Below are positions 19,448 through 29,900 of a stretch of DNA of 64,000 nt, piece by piece. Origin of the DNA: an uncultured Planctomycetia bacterium. Lineage in GTDB: Bacteria; Omnitrophota; Gorgyraeia; Duberdicusellales; 4484-171. Positions within the stretch are counted from its first letter, which is position 1; each line of letters starts with the position of its first letter. The notes beneath the pieces are model-generated. The model worked only from the letters and a program-made list of their open reading frames with translations. It ran no database searches and was not told the DNA's origin. The position numbers and the translations under genes are program-made. The stretch covers positions 76,643 through 140,642 of the forward strand of contig CAZVQU010000002.1 in NCBI GenBank assembly GCA_964629655.1, written 5' to 3'.

Positions 19448-20352
19448 ATACGACTTTAAAAGATAAGGCGGCAAATTTCTCATTCATCTTACCGGCTCTG
19501 GTTATTTTCTCACTCTTCTACATTTACCCCTTCTTCTATAGCTTTATCTTAAGCTTAACCAATTATAATATAATCGGTGAATTCAGCTTTCAGGAATCTT
19601 TTGTCGGTCTAAGGAACTTTCAAGATATCGCCAGTGACAATGACTGGTGGAAATCAATGTATAACGGTGCTTTTATCACCTTCTGGGCTCTATCGTTTCA
19701 AAATGTCTTAGCTTTCATGCTGGCCTTAGCAGTAAGCCGAGTAATAAGGATGAATAAGTTTTATCGAGTTATATTCTTTATTCTTCCGGTTCTCTCGGAA
19801 ATTGTTATCGGCCTGCTTTTGCGACGGCTTATGCTTTCTGAGCCTACCGGACGCGATGTCTTAAACCACTTAGTTAATAACCTTGGTTTAGGCTTCCTGG
19901 CTCAAGATTGGATCAGCGGAGAAAGGGTGCGTCTGATTACGGCCTTAGTTCATTGCTGGAAGGGATTTGGCTGGGCTTTTGTAATTTTCCTAGCCGGATT
20001 ACAAAGCATACCTGAACAATTATATGAAGCAGCCAGAATTGATGGTGCAAATGCCTGGCAAAGTTTTCGTAAGATAACCTTGCCGCTTCTCATGCCGGTT
20101 ATTACTTTAATTATGGTCCTTACGATTCTCGGGACTATGTCAGCCTTTGCTATGATTCTGGCTTTAAATCAAGGGGCCGGAGGAGAGACTACAGTTCCAA
20201 TAATGATGATCTATAATCATCTGGGAACCGGCTTAGCCGGATTAGCCTGCGCTGAAGGCTTGGTTCTAGGAGTGGTTCTTATGGCAATATCATTTACAAT
20301 GTTCTTTGTTTCCAAGAAAATAAGGAAAAAATACGGTGTATTACCAGACTAA
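19444..20352 (+). CDS. Sugar ABC transporter permease (MalF/UgpA-like)
   Basis: Six TM helices and EAA-loop region EAARIDGANAWQSFRKITLP. Confidence 0.75.
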   Translation: MNTTLKDKAANFSFILPALVIFSLFYIYPFFYSFILSLTNYNIIGEFSFQESFVGLRNFQDIASDNDWWKSMYNGAFITFWALSFQNVLAFMLALAVSRVIRMNKFYRVIFFILPVLSEIVIGLLLRRLMLSEPTGRDVLNHLVNNLGLGFLAQDWISGERVRLITALVHCWKGFGWAFVIFLAGLQSIPEQLYEAARIDGANAWQSFRKITLPLLMPVITLIMVLTILGTMSAFAMILALNQGAGGETTVPIMMIYNHLGTGLAGLACAEGLVLGVVLMAISFTMFFVSKKIRKKYGVLPD

Positions 20353-21172
20353 AAAAATAGTTACTTTAATAATTCTCCATACCTTTTTATTAAGTATAGC
20401 TCTAAGCTGTATCTTCCCGTTCTTCTGGATGATAAATGCCTCATTTAAGAGTAACGCTGAGTTTAACAGCGACTACGGCTTAAAGCCGGCTTCTAGCCTC
20501 ATCTTAGACAATTACAAAGAGGTTGTTGTTGAGAGCGGGTTTTGGCGCTATTTTTTAAATAGCGTTCTCTACACTTTTACCACAGTCCTTTTAATTGTAT
20601 TTGTCTCATCCTTAGCTGCTTATTCTTTCTCGCGGTTGCAATTTCCCGGGAAAAATATTATATTTTATATGTTCTTGGCAGCAATGATGATACCTCTTCC
20701 GGCTGGTTTTGTTCCGGTCTATGTATTGTTGCAACAGCTAGGGCTCTTAAACCGAACCGGTTATGTTCTGGCCATGAGCAATATGGGCCTATCAATAAGC
20801 ATCTACCTCTTAAAGACCTTCTTCGACCAGCTACCTCGAGATCTAGAGGATGCAGCCAGGATTGATGGCTGCAATAAACTACAGACCTGGTGGAATGTGG
20901 GAATGCCCCTGGTTACCCCGGCTCTGGGAGTAGTTGTGATTTTTAATGCTTTGAATGTATGGAATGAGTTTGTTTTAGCCTCGATTATCTTTGTAAATAA
21001 AAAATATATGCCCTTGCAAGCTGCTCTTCTGCAGTATTCCGGTGAGCAAGTAACTAATCATGTTCTGGTTATGACTGCCTTAACCGTTACGGCTCTGCCG
21101 ATAATTGTCCTCTACGTTCTGATGCAGAAACAATTTGTTAAAGGGATAACCGCAGGAGCAATGGTAGGATGA
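20336..21172 (+). CDS. Sugar ABC transporter permease (MalG/UgpE-like)
   Basis: EAA-loop EDAARIDGCNKLQTWWNVGMP. Confidence 0.75.
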   Translation: MYYQTKKIVTLIILHTFLLSIALSCIFPFFWMINASFKSNAEFNSDYGLKPASSLILDNYKEVVVESGFWRYFLNSVLYTFTTVLLIVFVSSLAAYSFSRLQFPGKNIIFYMFLAAMMIPLPAGFVPVYVLLQQLGLLNRTGYVLAMSNMGLSISIYLLKTFFDQLPRDLEDAARIDGCNKLQTWWNVGMPLVTPALGVVVIFNALNVWNEFVLASIIFVNKKYMPLQAALLQYSGEQVTNHVLVMTALTVTALPIIVLYVLMQKQFVKGITAGAMVG

Positions 21173-23457
21173 GAAAAAAATTTAAGTTAATATTGTTCTT
21201 CAGTCTTTGTTTTCTATTTTCATCACTTAGTCTCTATGCCAAAGACAGTTCTTCTGATTATGTAAACAAGGCCTGGGCTCGTTTAGGAAAAAGAGAGTTT
21301 AGTGATGTCCATACTCTGGTTGATCAGTGTATTGAAGAATACTCTTCTCTGGCCCAAGATCAAGCCAGGACTTTGGGAAGCTTTCCGACCAAAGGTGAAG
21401 AAGATAACTTCAAGATTATGAATGATGTTGCAACCTGTTACTTTATTAAAGGCGAGTCTTTAATGCGCGAAGGAAAAACCGAAGAAGCAAAAGCTATTTT
21501 TGGGGAAGTTATTGATAAATACCCTTATGCTCAAAGTTTTGACCCTCGAGGATGGTATTGGTCAATAAAAGAAAAATCTGAAATAACCCTAAAAAAACTT
21601 GAAACCGGCCGGGTAGAGGAAGAGGAAGACGAGGAGGAAGGCGTAATAAGTAAGATTAAGCTCTATGATGCTGGAGGAGAATTTCCGGTTAATTATGACC
21701 GTTATGGAAAGTTTCAAAATGTCAGTGAGGAGAATTATAAGTACGTTGTTATAAATCCCGTTGAGTTAGCCAAGGCAACCGGGGAAGGAATTTATCCTAA
21801 TTCTACTTCAGTTAAGTTTGACCCGGAATTTGCTAAGGTTAAAAAAACATTATTCAAGATTGACCACTGGAAGATTGCCAATAGCCGGGATTTAAGCACT
21901 GCTTTTTATAAATGGCACATAACTCCTGAGTCAGAAGCATTAAAGCAATTCATGCGGGCTGATTTGCTAGAGCGAAGCGGCCTGATTAAACATGCGATTA
22001 AGGGTTACTATGCGGTTCTGGTTCATTTTCCACGCAGTTATGGCTGGACCTATTGGCATACTCCCTGGTATGTTGGCAAGGCTGCGCTATATCGATTAAA
22101 GTATCTCTTGCGCAATAACCCTCAATTCGACCTTACTCTTGAGGGCGGAGAAATCAAAATAATTAATGGTTACGACAATGACGTCCGCAATGATATTTTC
22201 CTGGTAAACCCTGGAAAACTAAGGCCCCTTACTTTTTGGGAGAAAAAATTTGCTTTTGGTGGTGGTTGCGGCAAGAAGAAAAGGAATTTGGAAAAAGTCG
22301 TTGAGACCAAGGGAGAAAAGGTAAAATTAGTCAAATATGATAGCGGAGATTGGCAATTATTAGTGGATGATGAGCCGTTTATGATTAAGGGAATGACCTA
22401 CGGGCCAACCCGGGTAGGTGAATCCCCTGATGACGGGACTATGCAGGATTGGACCACCCAGGACCTAAATAAAAACTCTATCATTGACTCACCCTATGAA
22501 AGTTGGGTTGATAAAGACCGAAATAGCCAACAAAATAAAGGTGAAATCGCTGTTGGCGACTTCCAATTAATGAAGGAAATGGGGGTGAACACCCTAAGGC
22601 TCTATCACCAGCCGTTTAAATTAAATAAAGAAATTCTTCGACAAATGTACCAAAAATATGGTATATATATACTAATGGGCGATTTCCTTGGAAAGTACGC
22701 CCTGGGGAGTGGAGCAGACTGGCAAGAGGGTACTGATTACGATAACCTTGAGCATCAAGAGAATATGCTCAAAAGCGTAGAAAAGATGGTTCAGGAATTC
22801 AAAGATGAACCATATGTCCTTATCTGGCTGCTGGGTAATGAAAATGTCTACGGATTAGGGTGTAACGCTGATAAAAATCCAGAAAGTTTCTTTAAATTTG
22901 CTAACAAGGCAGCCAAGCGAATTAAATCTCTGGATCCCCAAAAAAGACCGGTTGCTATTGCTTCCGGAGATGTGCTCTATCTAGACATATTCGCCAAAAA
23001 TTGTCCGGATATAGATATTTTTGGAGCTAATTGCTATCGGGGAAGATATGGGTTTCTAGATTTTTGGGATGAGGTAAAGAGAGTAGCTGATAAGCCAGCA
23101 ATGATTACTGAGTATGGCACTTCTTCCTATGCTAAGGGTTACTCTCAAGAAGAATCCGAAAACTATCAAGCTCAGTATCATAAAGAATGCTGGGCAGATA
23201 TTCTTTGCAATTCTTCAGGTTTTAGTGCTGGTAACGCTTTAGGAAGTGTTGTCTTTGAATGGCTAGATGAGTGGTGGAAAGCTTATGAACCTGCCTACCA
23301 TGACAAAAAAGGAGTGGCAGCTGGTCCTTTCTTAGATGGATATTACCACGAAGAGTGGTTTGGGGTATGCGGACAAGGAGATGGTATGAATTCTCCTTAC
23401 TTAAGAGAGCTTAAACCTGCTTACTTCATATACAGGGAGTTGTGGAGTCAAAACTAA
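21169..23457 (+). CDS. Secreted protein with GH2-like (clan GH-A) TIM-barrel domain
   Basis: Signal peptide. The C-terminal half has WLLGNENVYG (LacZ WSLGNE-like acid/base) and ITEYGTSSY (candidate nucleophile). Paralogous to 24712..25989. Confidence 0.5.
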   Translation: MRKKFKLILFFSLCFLFSSLSLYAKDSSSDYVNKAWARLGKREFSDVHTLVDQCIEEYSSLAQDQARTLGSFPTKGEEDNFKIMNDVATCYFIKGESLMREGKTEEAKAIFGEVIDKYPYAQSFDPRGWYWSIKEKSEITLKKLETGRVEEEEDEEEGVISKIKLYDAGGEFPVNYDRYGKFQNVSEENYKYVVINPVELAKATGEGIYPNSTSVKFDPEFAKVKKTLFKIDHWKIANSRDLSTAFYKWHITPESEALKQFMRADLLERSGLIKHAIKGYYAVLVHFPRSYGWTYWHTPWYVGKAALYRLKYLLRNNPQFDLTLEGGEIKIINGYDNDVRNDIFLVNPGKLRPLTFWEKKFAFGGGCGKKKRNLEKVVETKGEKVKLVKYDSGDWQLLVDDEPFMIKGMTYGPTRVGESPDDGTMQDWTTQDLNKNSIIDSPYESWVDKDRNSQQNKGEIAVGDFQLMKEMGVNTLRLYHQPFKLNKEILRQMYQKYGIYILMGDFLGKYALGSGADWQEGTDYDNLEHQENMLKSVEKMVQEFKDEPYVLIWLLGNENVYGLGCNADKNPESFFKFANKAAKRIKSLDPQKRPVAIASGDVLYLDIFAKNCPDIDIFGANCYRGRYGFLDFWDEVKRVADKPAMITEYGTSSYAKGYSQEESENYQAQYHKECWADILCNSSGFSAGNALGSVVFEWLDEWWKAYEPAYHDKKGVAAGPFLDGYYHEEWFGVCGQGDGMNSPYLRELKPAYFIYRELWSQN

Positions 23458-23494
23458 TATGAACTTGCGTAAAAAGCAAAACAAAGGAGGCAAA

Positions 23495-24673
23495 ATGCGT
23501 AAAGTACTTCTAACTATGGTTTGTTGGGCATTTATTTGCACAACAGCTTTAAATGGTTTCTGTGAAAAGCCGGAAAAAGATTTTTATGTCTATAGTGACA
23601 TGAACTCGCCGCTTAATCACTTCATACCAAGTGGTTGGATGGGAGATCATAATGACATAAGGTTCAATGGGCAAGCAACCGATGAGGTAGCTGCCGGAGC
23701 AACCTCAATTAAGCTAGTCTACACTGCTAAAGGTTCTCAAGGCAATAAGTGGGCTGGGATTTACTGGCAATCTGCACAAAATAACTGGGGCAGCAGAGAA
23801 AGCGGCTATGACTTAAGTGACTTTAATAAATTATTGTTTAAAGCCAAAGGCGCCCAAGGCGGAGAGGTTATAACAGAGATCAATATCGGTGGTATAACGA
23901 CTAACCCCGTTACCGGAGAACCAGTGGCTTTTCCAGACAGTCTTGAAGTTAAATCCGGTCCGATAAGACTAACTAACAAATGGCAGGAATATTCGGTTAA
24001 TTTAGCCGATAAAGACCTCTCTTACGTTAACGGTGGATTAGCGATAGTCTTTAACACTGCTCATGCCGGGGGAGAACAAACAGTCTACTTAGATGATATT
24101 CGCTACACTAAGGAAGAAGGATTGCAGAAAGAGAAAAAGGGAGTAAACCTACCTTTTTATGTTTACGCTGACAGTGTCTCTCTAGATAACCATTATGTTG
24201 CTAGTGGCTGGATGCCAGCAACTGCATCTAAGGATCTAGAATTGAATACTGGTTGGCAAAACTACCCCTTCAGCGGCAATACTTGTATCCGGGTAGGTTA
24301 CAGGAATCTTTCCGGGACTCGTTGGGCCGGAATCTTCTGGCAAAACCCGGCAAATAACTGGGGAACCATACCTAATGCCGGTTTTGATTTACAAGGAGCA
24401 AATAAGCTTACCTTCTGGGCCAGAGGAGACAAAGGAGGAGAGCTAATAACTGAATTTAAAATGGGTGGGCTTGCTAGCGGAGAATACTTTGATTCAGATA
24501 GCGCAAGTATTAGTCAGACTCAATTGACTAAAGAGTGGAAAAAGTACGAGATCGACCTAAGAGGCAGAGATCTCTCTTATGTAATTGGCGGTTTTTGTTG
24601 GTCTACAAGCATTGATGTAAATGATCCTGAAGGTATTGTATTCTACCTTGATGAGATTAAATACGAGAAGTAG
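23495..24673 (+). CDS. Secreted tandem-repeat protein (putative carbohydrate-binding module x2)
   Basis: Two ~190-aa internal repeats (WAGIYWQSAQNNWG...DLSDFNKLLFKAKGAQGGE and WAGIFWQNPANNWG...DLQGANKLTFWARGDKGGE). AAAGGAGG RBS. Signal peptide. Confidence 0.45.
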   Translation: MRKVLLTMVCWAFICTTALNGFCEKPEKDFYVYSDMNSPLNHFIPSGWMGDHNDIRFNGQATDEVAAGATSIKLVYTAKGSQGNKWAGIYWQSAQNNWGSRESGYDLSDFNKLLFKAKGAQGGEVITEINIGGITTNPVTGEPVAFPDSLEVKSGPIRLTNKWQEYSVNLADKDLSYVNGGLAIVFNTAHAGGEQTVYLDDIRYTKEEGLQKEKKGVNLPFYVYADSVSLDNHYVASGWMPATASKDLELNTGWQNYPFSGNTCIRVGYRNLSGTRWAGIFWQNPANNWGTIPNAGFDLQGANKLTFWARGDKGGELITEFKMGGLASGEYFDSDSASISQTQLTKEWKKYEIDLRGRDLSYVIGGFCWSTSIDVNDPEGIVFYLDEIKYEK

Positions 24674-24711
24674 GATTCCAACCAAACCTTAAAAATTGAC
24701 CTGCAATAGTT

Positions 24712-25989
24712 ATGAAGAAAGCTATAGGAATTTTCTGTATCTTGGGGACTATATTTTGCCTCGTAATTACTAACCTATCCGCGGCAGCCCCTGTAGGGAC
24801 GGCTTCGCCAAAACCAATTGAAATAAAACCTACCGAAGAGGGTGGGTACTTACTCTACGTAAATAAAAAACCCTTCCTGATAAAAGGTATCGGCTATAGT
24901 CCTACCCCGATAGGTAAAGGTTATGACTATGACTTATTCTCTGATCCTAACAAACCTTGGCTTGTCGATGGCAAACTAATGAAAAAAGCCAGGATAAATT
25001 GCGTAAGGATATATTCACCGGGAAAAGACCTGGAAAAAACAAGAGAGTTTATAAGAGACATGTACAAGAAGTACGGTATCTACACTATTATGAGCGATTG
25101 GTTAGGCTTATGGGATTATCCCCGGGCGAATTATTCTGACCAAGCTTTCAAAGACATGACAATGAGCAGAATTCTAAAAGTAGTTGAAGCCTTAAAAGAC
25201 GAGAAAGGACTTCTTCTATGGATTCTTGGCAATGAGAATAATTATACCTTCTCAGGTAAAATCGGTTTTTGGACTTCTAAGGAAATAGAAAAAATAGAGG
25301 AACCGCGCCAAAAACAAAAAAGAAGGGCTGAAATCTACTACACCTTTGTTAATGACCTGGCAAAAGAAATTAAAAAGATTGACCCGGTTCATCCGGTAAC
25401 CCTGGGAAACGGCGAGGACGGTTTCCTGACGGTTGCTTCAGGCATCTGTAAAGATATCGACGCTCTATCAATAATTATCTATCGCGGGAAAAGATTTGGC
25501 AATCTCTTTAATAATATCCGAAACTCCTTTGATAAGCCAATCTTACTGTCAGAATTCGGCTGTGACTCTTACAATGCTCATAAAGATTTTGAAGATCAGG
25601 AGATTCAAAGTGAATTCCTGCTAGCGCAATGGGAAGACCTCTACAGCAATACTGCTTTTAGCGGGATAAAAAATGGTAATGCCATAGGTGGAGTGTCTTT
25701 TGAATGGAGCGATGAGTGGTGGAAGTACAATGAGAGCTATGAAGAAGGCTGGCCTATCCACAATAAAGAAGCTACCTGGTCTCACGGAGCCTATTTCTAT
25801 GATATAAGAGCTAAGGATAACCTCAATATGAATGAAGAGTGGTTCGGAATTGTTAGTTTATCCGAACAAATTGTTAATGGCTTAAATAAAAGGTTGCCTA
25901 AAAAATCGTACTATGCTTTATCCAAGTATCTGCCTACTTTGAGATTCGGCTCTCTACGCAGGGCCAAAAAGAAAAGGCTAAGAAGATAA
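24712..25989 (+). CDS. GH2-like (clan GH-A) TIM-barrel protein, paralog
   Basis: WILGNENNYT, LSEFGCDSY and FEWSDEWWKY parallel the motifs of 21169..23457. Signal peptide. Confidence 0.5.
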   Translation: MKKAIGIFCILGTIFCLVITNLSAAAPVGTASPKPIEIKPTEEGGYLLYVNKKPFLIKGIGYSPTPIGKGYDYDLFSDPNKPWLVDGKLMKKARINCVRIYSPGKDLEKTREFIRDMYKKYGIYTIMSDWLGLWDYPRANYSDQAFKDMTMSRILKVVEALKDEKGLLLWILGNENNYTFSGKIGFWTSKEIEKIEEPRQKQKRRAEIYYTFVNDLAKEIKKIDPVHPVTLGNGEDGFLTVASGICKDIDALSIIIYRGKRFGNLFNNIRNSFDKPILLSEFGCDSYNAHKDFEDQEIQSEFLLAQWEDLYSNTAFSGIKNGNAIGGVSFEWSDEWWKYNESYEEGWPIHNKEATWSHGAYFYDIRAKDNLNMNEEWFGIVSLSEQIVNGLNKRLPKKSYYALSKYLPTLRFGSLRRAKKKRLRR

Positions 25990-26077
25990 AATAGACCCTC
26001 CTTTTTTTCCTTAAGATACACTTTAAATTCCTAAATAAATCTTTTCTATACATTCCTAATTTGGTATAATATTATTG

Positions 26078-26719
26078 ATGAGAAATTATTGGGGTTTGGC
26101 CTTAAGCCTATCTTTCCTCTTTCATACCGCTATCCTTACCGGAATTCCTCAACGTGTTGAGAAAGCTTTCTCTAAAAAAGACAAAATGGCTAAGGCTGAG
26201 AAAACAAAGGAAATTAGGATATCTCCTCAACGAATAGAGAAGATAAACAGAAAACCTCTGGTTAATCCAGCTGGCCCCAAGCCTCTGCCTTATGTTGAAA
26301 ACATTATGAGTAAATTAATACAAAGTAATAATTTTTCACCTCTGCAAAAACCGCAAATTTTTGAAAAAGACGTAAAGGAAATAGTTTTTAAAGAGATCCC
26401 TGAGAAGGTCGATAAAATTTTAAAAAAGAATCCAGCTTATATGGGCTACTACCGTTTAATTCGGGAGAGAATCAGGAATAGTGCCTTTCTTAACTACAGT
26501 AGCCAAAAAAGAGGCGAAGTCTTATTGAGCTTCCTCATTGGCAAAGATGGCTCTCTAGAGGAAGTCGATCTTGACCCCCAATCAGTAAAAAATAGGAATT
26601 TAAGGGGAATTGCCCTAAGGAGTGTCCGGGAATCTGCCCCTTTTCCTGAATTTCCCGAAGGATTACAGCAATATACCCGCCTTCAATTTAATATCTCTAT
26701 ATACTTCAAGAATAACTGA
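26078..26719 (+). CDS. TonB-family protein (possibly leaderless mRNA)
   Basis: N-terminal anchor and a C-terminal TonB-like domain (GEVLLSFLIGKDGSLEEVDL). Extended -10 TGGTATAAT at 26062-26070 leaves ~7 nt to the ATG. Confidence 0.55.
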   Translation: MRNYWGLALSLSFLFHTAILTGIPQRVEKAFSKKDKMAKAEKTKEIRISPQRIEKINRKPLVNPAGPKPLPYVENIMSKLIQSNNFSPLQKPQIFEKDVKEIVFKEIPEKVDKILKKNPAYMGYYRLIRERIRNSAFLNYSSQKRGEVLLSFLIGKDGSLEEVDLDPQSVKNRNLRGIALRSVRESAPFPEFPEGLQQYTRLQFNISIYFKNN

Positions 26720-26785
26720 TCTGTTTAGACCGGGTTTAAACAAATACTATGTTTTTTCGCTTTCTCGTTTTTTTTCATAAATGGG

Positions 26786-26814
26786 TTGACATTTCAAGGT
26801 AAATATAGTATATA
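26786..26814 (+). promoter_or_regulatory. Sigma70-like promoter (TTGACA-17-TATATA)
   Basis: -35 at 26786-26791 and -10 at 26809-26814. About 95 nt upstream of the 1180-aa ORF. Confidence 0.5.
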
Positions 26815-26826
26815 TTCCTTTAGGGA

Positions 26827-26874
26827 GGCGACAGAGATTCTGTGTAGACAGGGTCTAAATGTCGTCTTTTTTTT
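26827..26874 (+). terminator. Leader hairpin plus U8 tract (candidate attenuator)
   Basis: GGCGACA...UGUCGUC 7-bp stem enclosing sub-hairpins, followed by TTTTTTTT at 26867-26874. It sits between the promoter and the RBS. Confidence 0.45.
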
Positions 26875-26884
26875 ATTGGATAAA

Positions 26885-26900
26885 CTGAAAACGTTTTCAG
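26885..26900 (+). promoter_or_regulatory. Perfect 16-bp palindrome CTGAAAACGTTTTCAG overlapping the RBS
   Basis: Exact inverted repeat. Its 3' arm abuts AGGAGG of the giant gene. Candidate operator or RBS-sequestering hairpin. Confidence 0.45.
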
Positions 26901-26910
26901 GAGGAGAAAA

Positions 26911-29900
26911 ATGCTTAGCAAAATCAATAACTTTTTCAAATCAATCATCTGCTTGTTAACCTTAGTATCATTCCTAGGCACAACCACTATTACGACCTAT
27001 GCTCAGAGCCTAAGATTACCCGCTCCTAACCAGTTTATACCTTTATCTAATACCTACTCCTTGCCGATCTTAAAAGGTATAAAGATTAACCCTGAAAACC
27101 CCTTTGATGTAGAGTTTATAATCGATTCGGCTGATACGGATCAGATAAAAAAGGAAGAGGCAACCCGCCTTATAATGTACTTCCTGGCGGCATTAACCAT
27201 CCCTAAGGAAGATATCTGGGTCAACCTATCCCCCTATGAACAAGACAGAGTTGTCTCGGGCAACCTTGCCTTAACTGATTTAGGAAAAGATCTTCTAAGT
27301 CAAGACTACGTCTTAAAACAACTAACAGCATCTGTTACTTATCCTGAAAGTAAAGTTGGGGCTGATTTCTGGGCCAAGACCTACAAAGAAGTCTTAGAAG
27401 TGGCCCGAACTACTAATTTGCCAATTAATACCTTTAATAAGATCTGGATAATGCCGGATAAATCTGAGGTCTATGAGAACGGTAACCTCGGGTTCATCAC
27501 CAAAGCAAGCTTAAAGGTAATGCTCGAAGAAGACTATCTGGCAATGAATAATGCTAAAGATCAAAACCAAGGCCTAAGGGGAAATAGCCAAGCTCTGGCC
27601 AAGAAGATAAATGAAGCATCATCGAAGATAATGCGTCAGGTAGTATTACCTAAGATAAACCAAGATGTAAACAATGGTAAGAATTTCGCCACATTGCGTC
27701 AGGTTTATAATTCGATTGTTCTAGGTTTATGGTTTAAAGAGAAGTTCAAAGAGAGTGCCTATAAGCACTATATCAATCAAAATAAAATCAAAGGAATCGA
27801 CATAAAAGATAAGCAAGCCATAGAGAAAATCTATACCCAATATGTAGAAGCCTTTAAACAAGGTCTCTATGACTACATAAAACCAACTTATGACCCTGGT
27901 TCAAGGAAAATGCTAAAGAGAAGATACTACTCCGGAGGGTTTACCCTGGCCAGTAGCACTATTTCAACTAGGAAAACATTGCCCCAGGGTGTTCATTCCT
28001 TAGCCGAATTAGTTTCAGGAAGACCCTTTAAAGTGAACGGTAAAACCCTAGTTGAAACAGTTGAAAACATATGGAGTGAAGTAGATGCATCGAAGAGTCA
28101 ATCTCCTAAAGCCGGCAGTTCGAGCGCGATTAGCATAAATGACTTAAAAATTGCTGTAAATGAACAAAGACTCTTCTATTCACTTAGTGATAATAGAAAA
28201 TTCCCTCGGAATTCTCACGGTCGAGAAGCATTCTATGCGGCTGTTTTAGGTGACGTTGGGAAAAAAGTAGTGGTAACAGGTAAAGGGCTTGAAGTCGAGA
28301 TGGCCAAAGGGGATAGATTCAAAAGATTTCTTGAGAAAGAATCCTATAGCGTTGGTGATATTGGGGTAGAGAAAATCTATCAAGGAGAAGATAACTTTTT
28401 CCAGATGGGATACAAAATCGATGGTCAAGAACTATTGCTTACCTTTAAGAGAAGCACAAACCCTGAAACTGACGGATACTCTGTTCTAGTGCAACCAAGA
28501 ATGAGAATCATCATCAATGGTTATGGAGTTATTGGTAAGAAAGTAGCAGATCTATTGAGGAAGTCAGGTTATGAAATAATCGCTGCAGTAAATACTGGTC
28601 GATTAAGTGCTGATGGAAAAGCTAAACAGCTAACTCATGATGCGATATATAAAGGTTATCCGTTATTTACCGCTTTCGGTGCGGAGAAGTACTTAACCAG
28701 TGCTCGGGAAGCATACTTACCCTACCAAGGAAGCATAACAGACCTTCTAGAGCAATTAAGGAAAGATGGCAAAACTGCTATTGTTGTAGATGCTTCAACT
28801 GGTGGCAAAGGAGATAAAGAAACAAGAACAGGTTGGTTGAATCGAGAACAGCTTTACAAGCCGTATGATGACGTAATTAAAGCAGTTGTATATCAAGGGG
28901 GCGAAAGCCCAGAGGTTGCTGATGCCGCTTTTTCTCTTGATACTGCTGATTGGAGTGAGCTCAATGGCCTTTTTGGAGTACAGATTGTCTCCTGTAATAC
29001 TACCGGGATGAATCGTACCTATAGTGCGCTGAGACAAGCCTTGCTGGAAGCGGGTATTGATGCAAAGATCGTTATTGATAACAATGCACTTAGAAGAGAA
29101 GGGGATCCCGGTGCTGAGAAACCTGGAAAAACAGATGAGGTTCAGCTTAACGGTAGCAATACGGCTTTGTCGAAACAAATCGAAACGTCTTTGAATATAG
29201 GGGGAGCTAATGTTGATACTGTAACGACGTCGGCCAAAGGATTTTATGTCCATATAGCTACTTTAAGAAGTGATCTTAGCATAGAGGAGTTAAAAGAAAG
29301 GCTTTTCTCAGATAGGGCCGCGTACTTGGAGAGGCTAGATCAAGACATTCCAATTTCCCATATTCAAATAATCCAGGATAAGAGTTCAAAATTCGAAACA
29401 TCAAACTTATACAAGCAGGTATTTGAATCGAGTTCTCATTCTCCTGAGGAAGTTATGGTAGTTAACGTAATGCCTTCTGATATCCCGGGAGAAATAAAGG
29501 TAGTCTTTGGTTATTCCATGGATATAAAAGTGCCCAATAAAACAGATCCAGCAGTCTATGGAATAAATGCACTTTTCGCCCCGCTTAGAAATAGGCTTGA
29601 TGTATACCTTGATAACTTAGCATACATTCCTGGAGGGAATTTGGGCAGTCAGTTGGGAGGGATCTCGGTTGTTCCTAAATATCACCATGGAGACGACCTC
29701 AAACAAACCTTTAGAGATGTAGATAGTGCTGTTTTAGGAGCTGTAAATACACCGGCTTCTATGGTTCCAAGCACTCACTATCATGTTCATGTTGCAACGA
29801 TAAAAAGCAAAGGATTAACTGCCCCGATGGTAAGGGGAGCTTTAAAACAACACTCTCGCATGGCACTAGTAGATTTTCCGAATGGTATTTTTTCAAGCGC

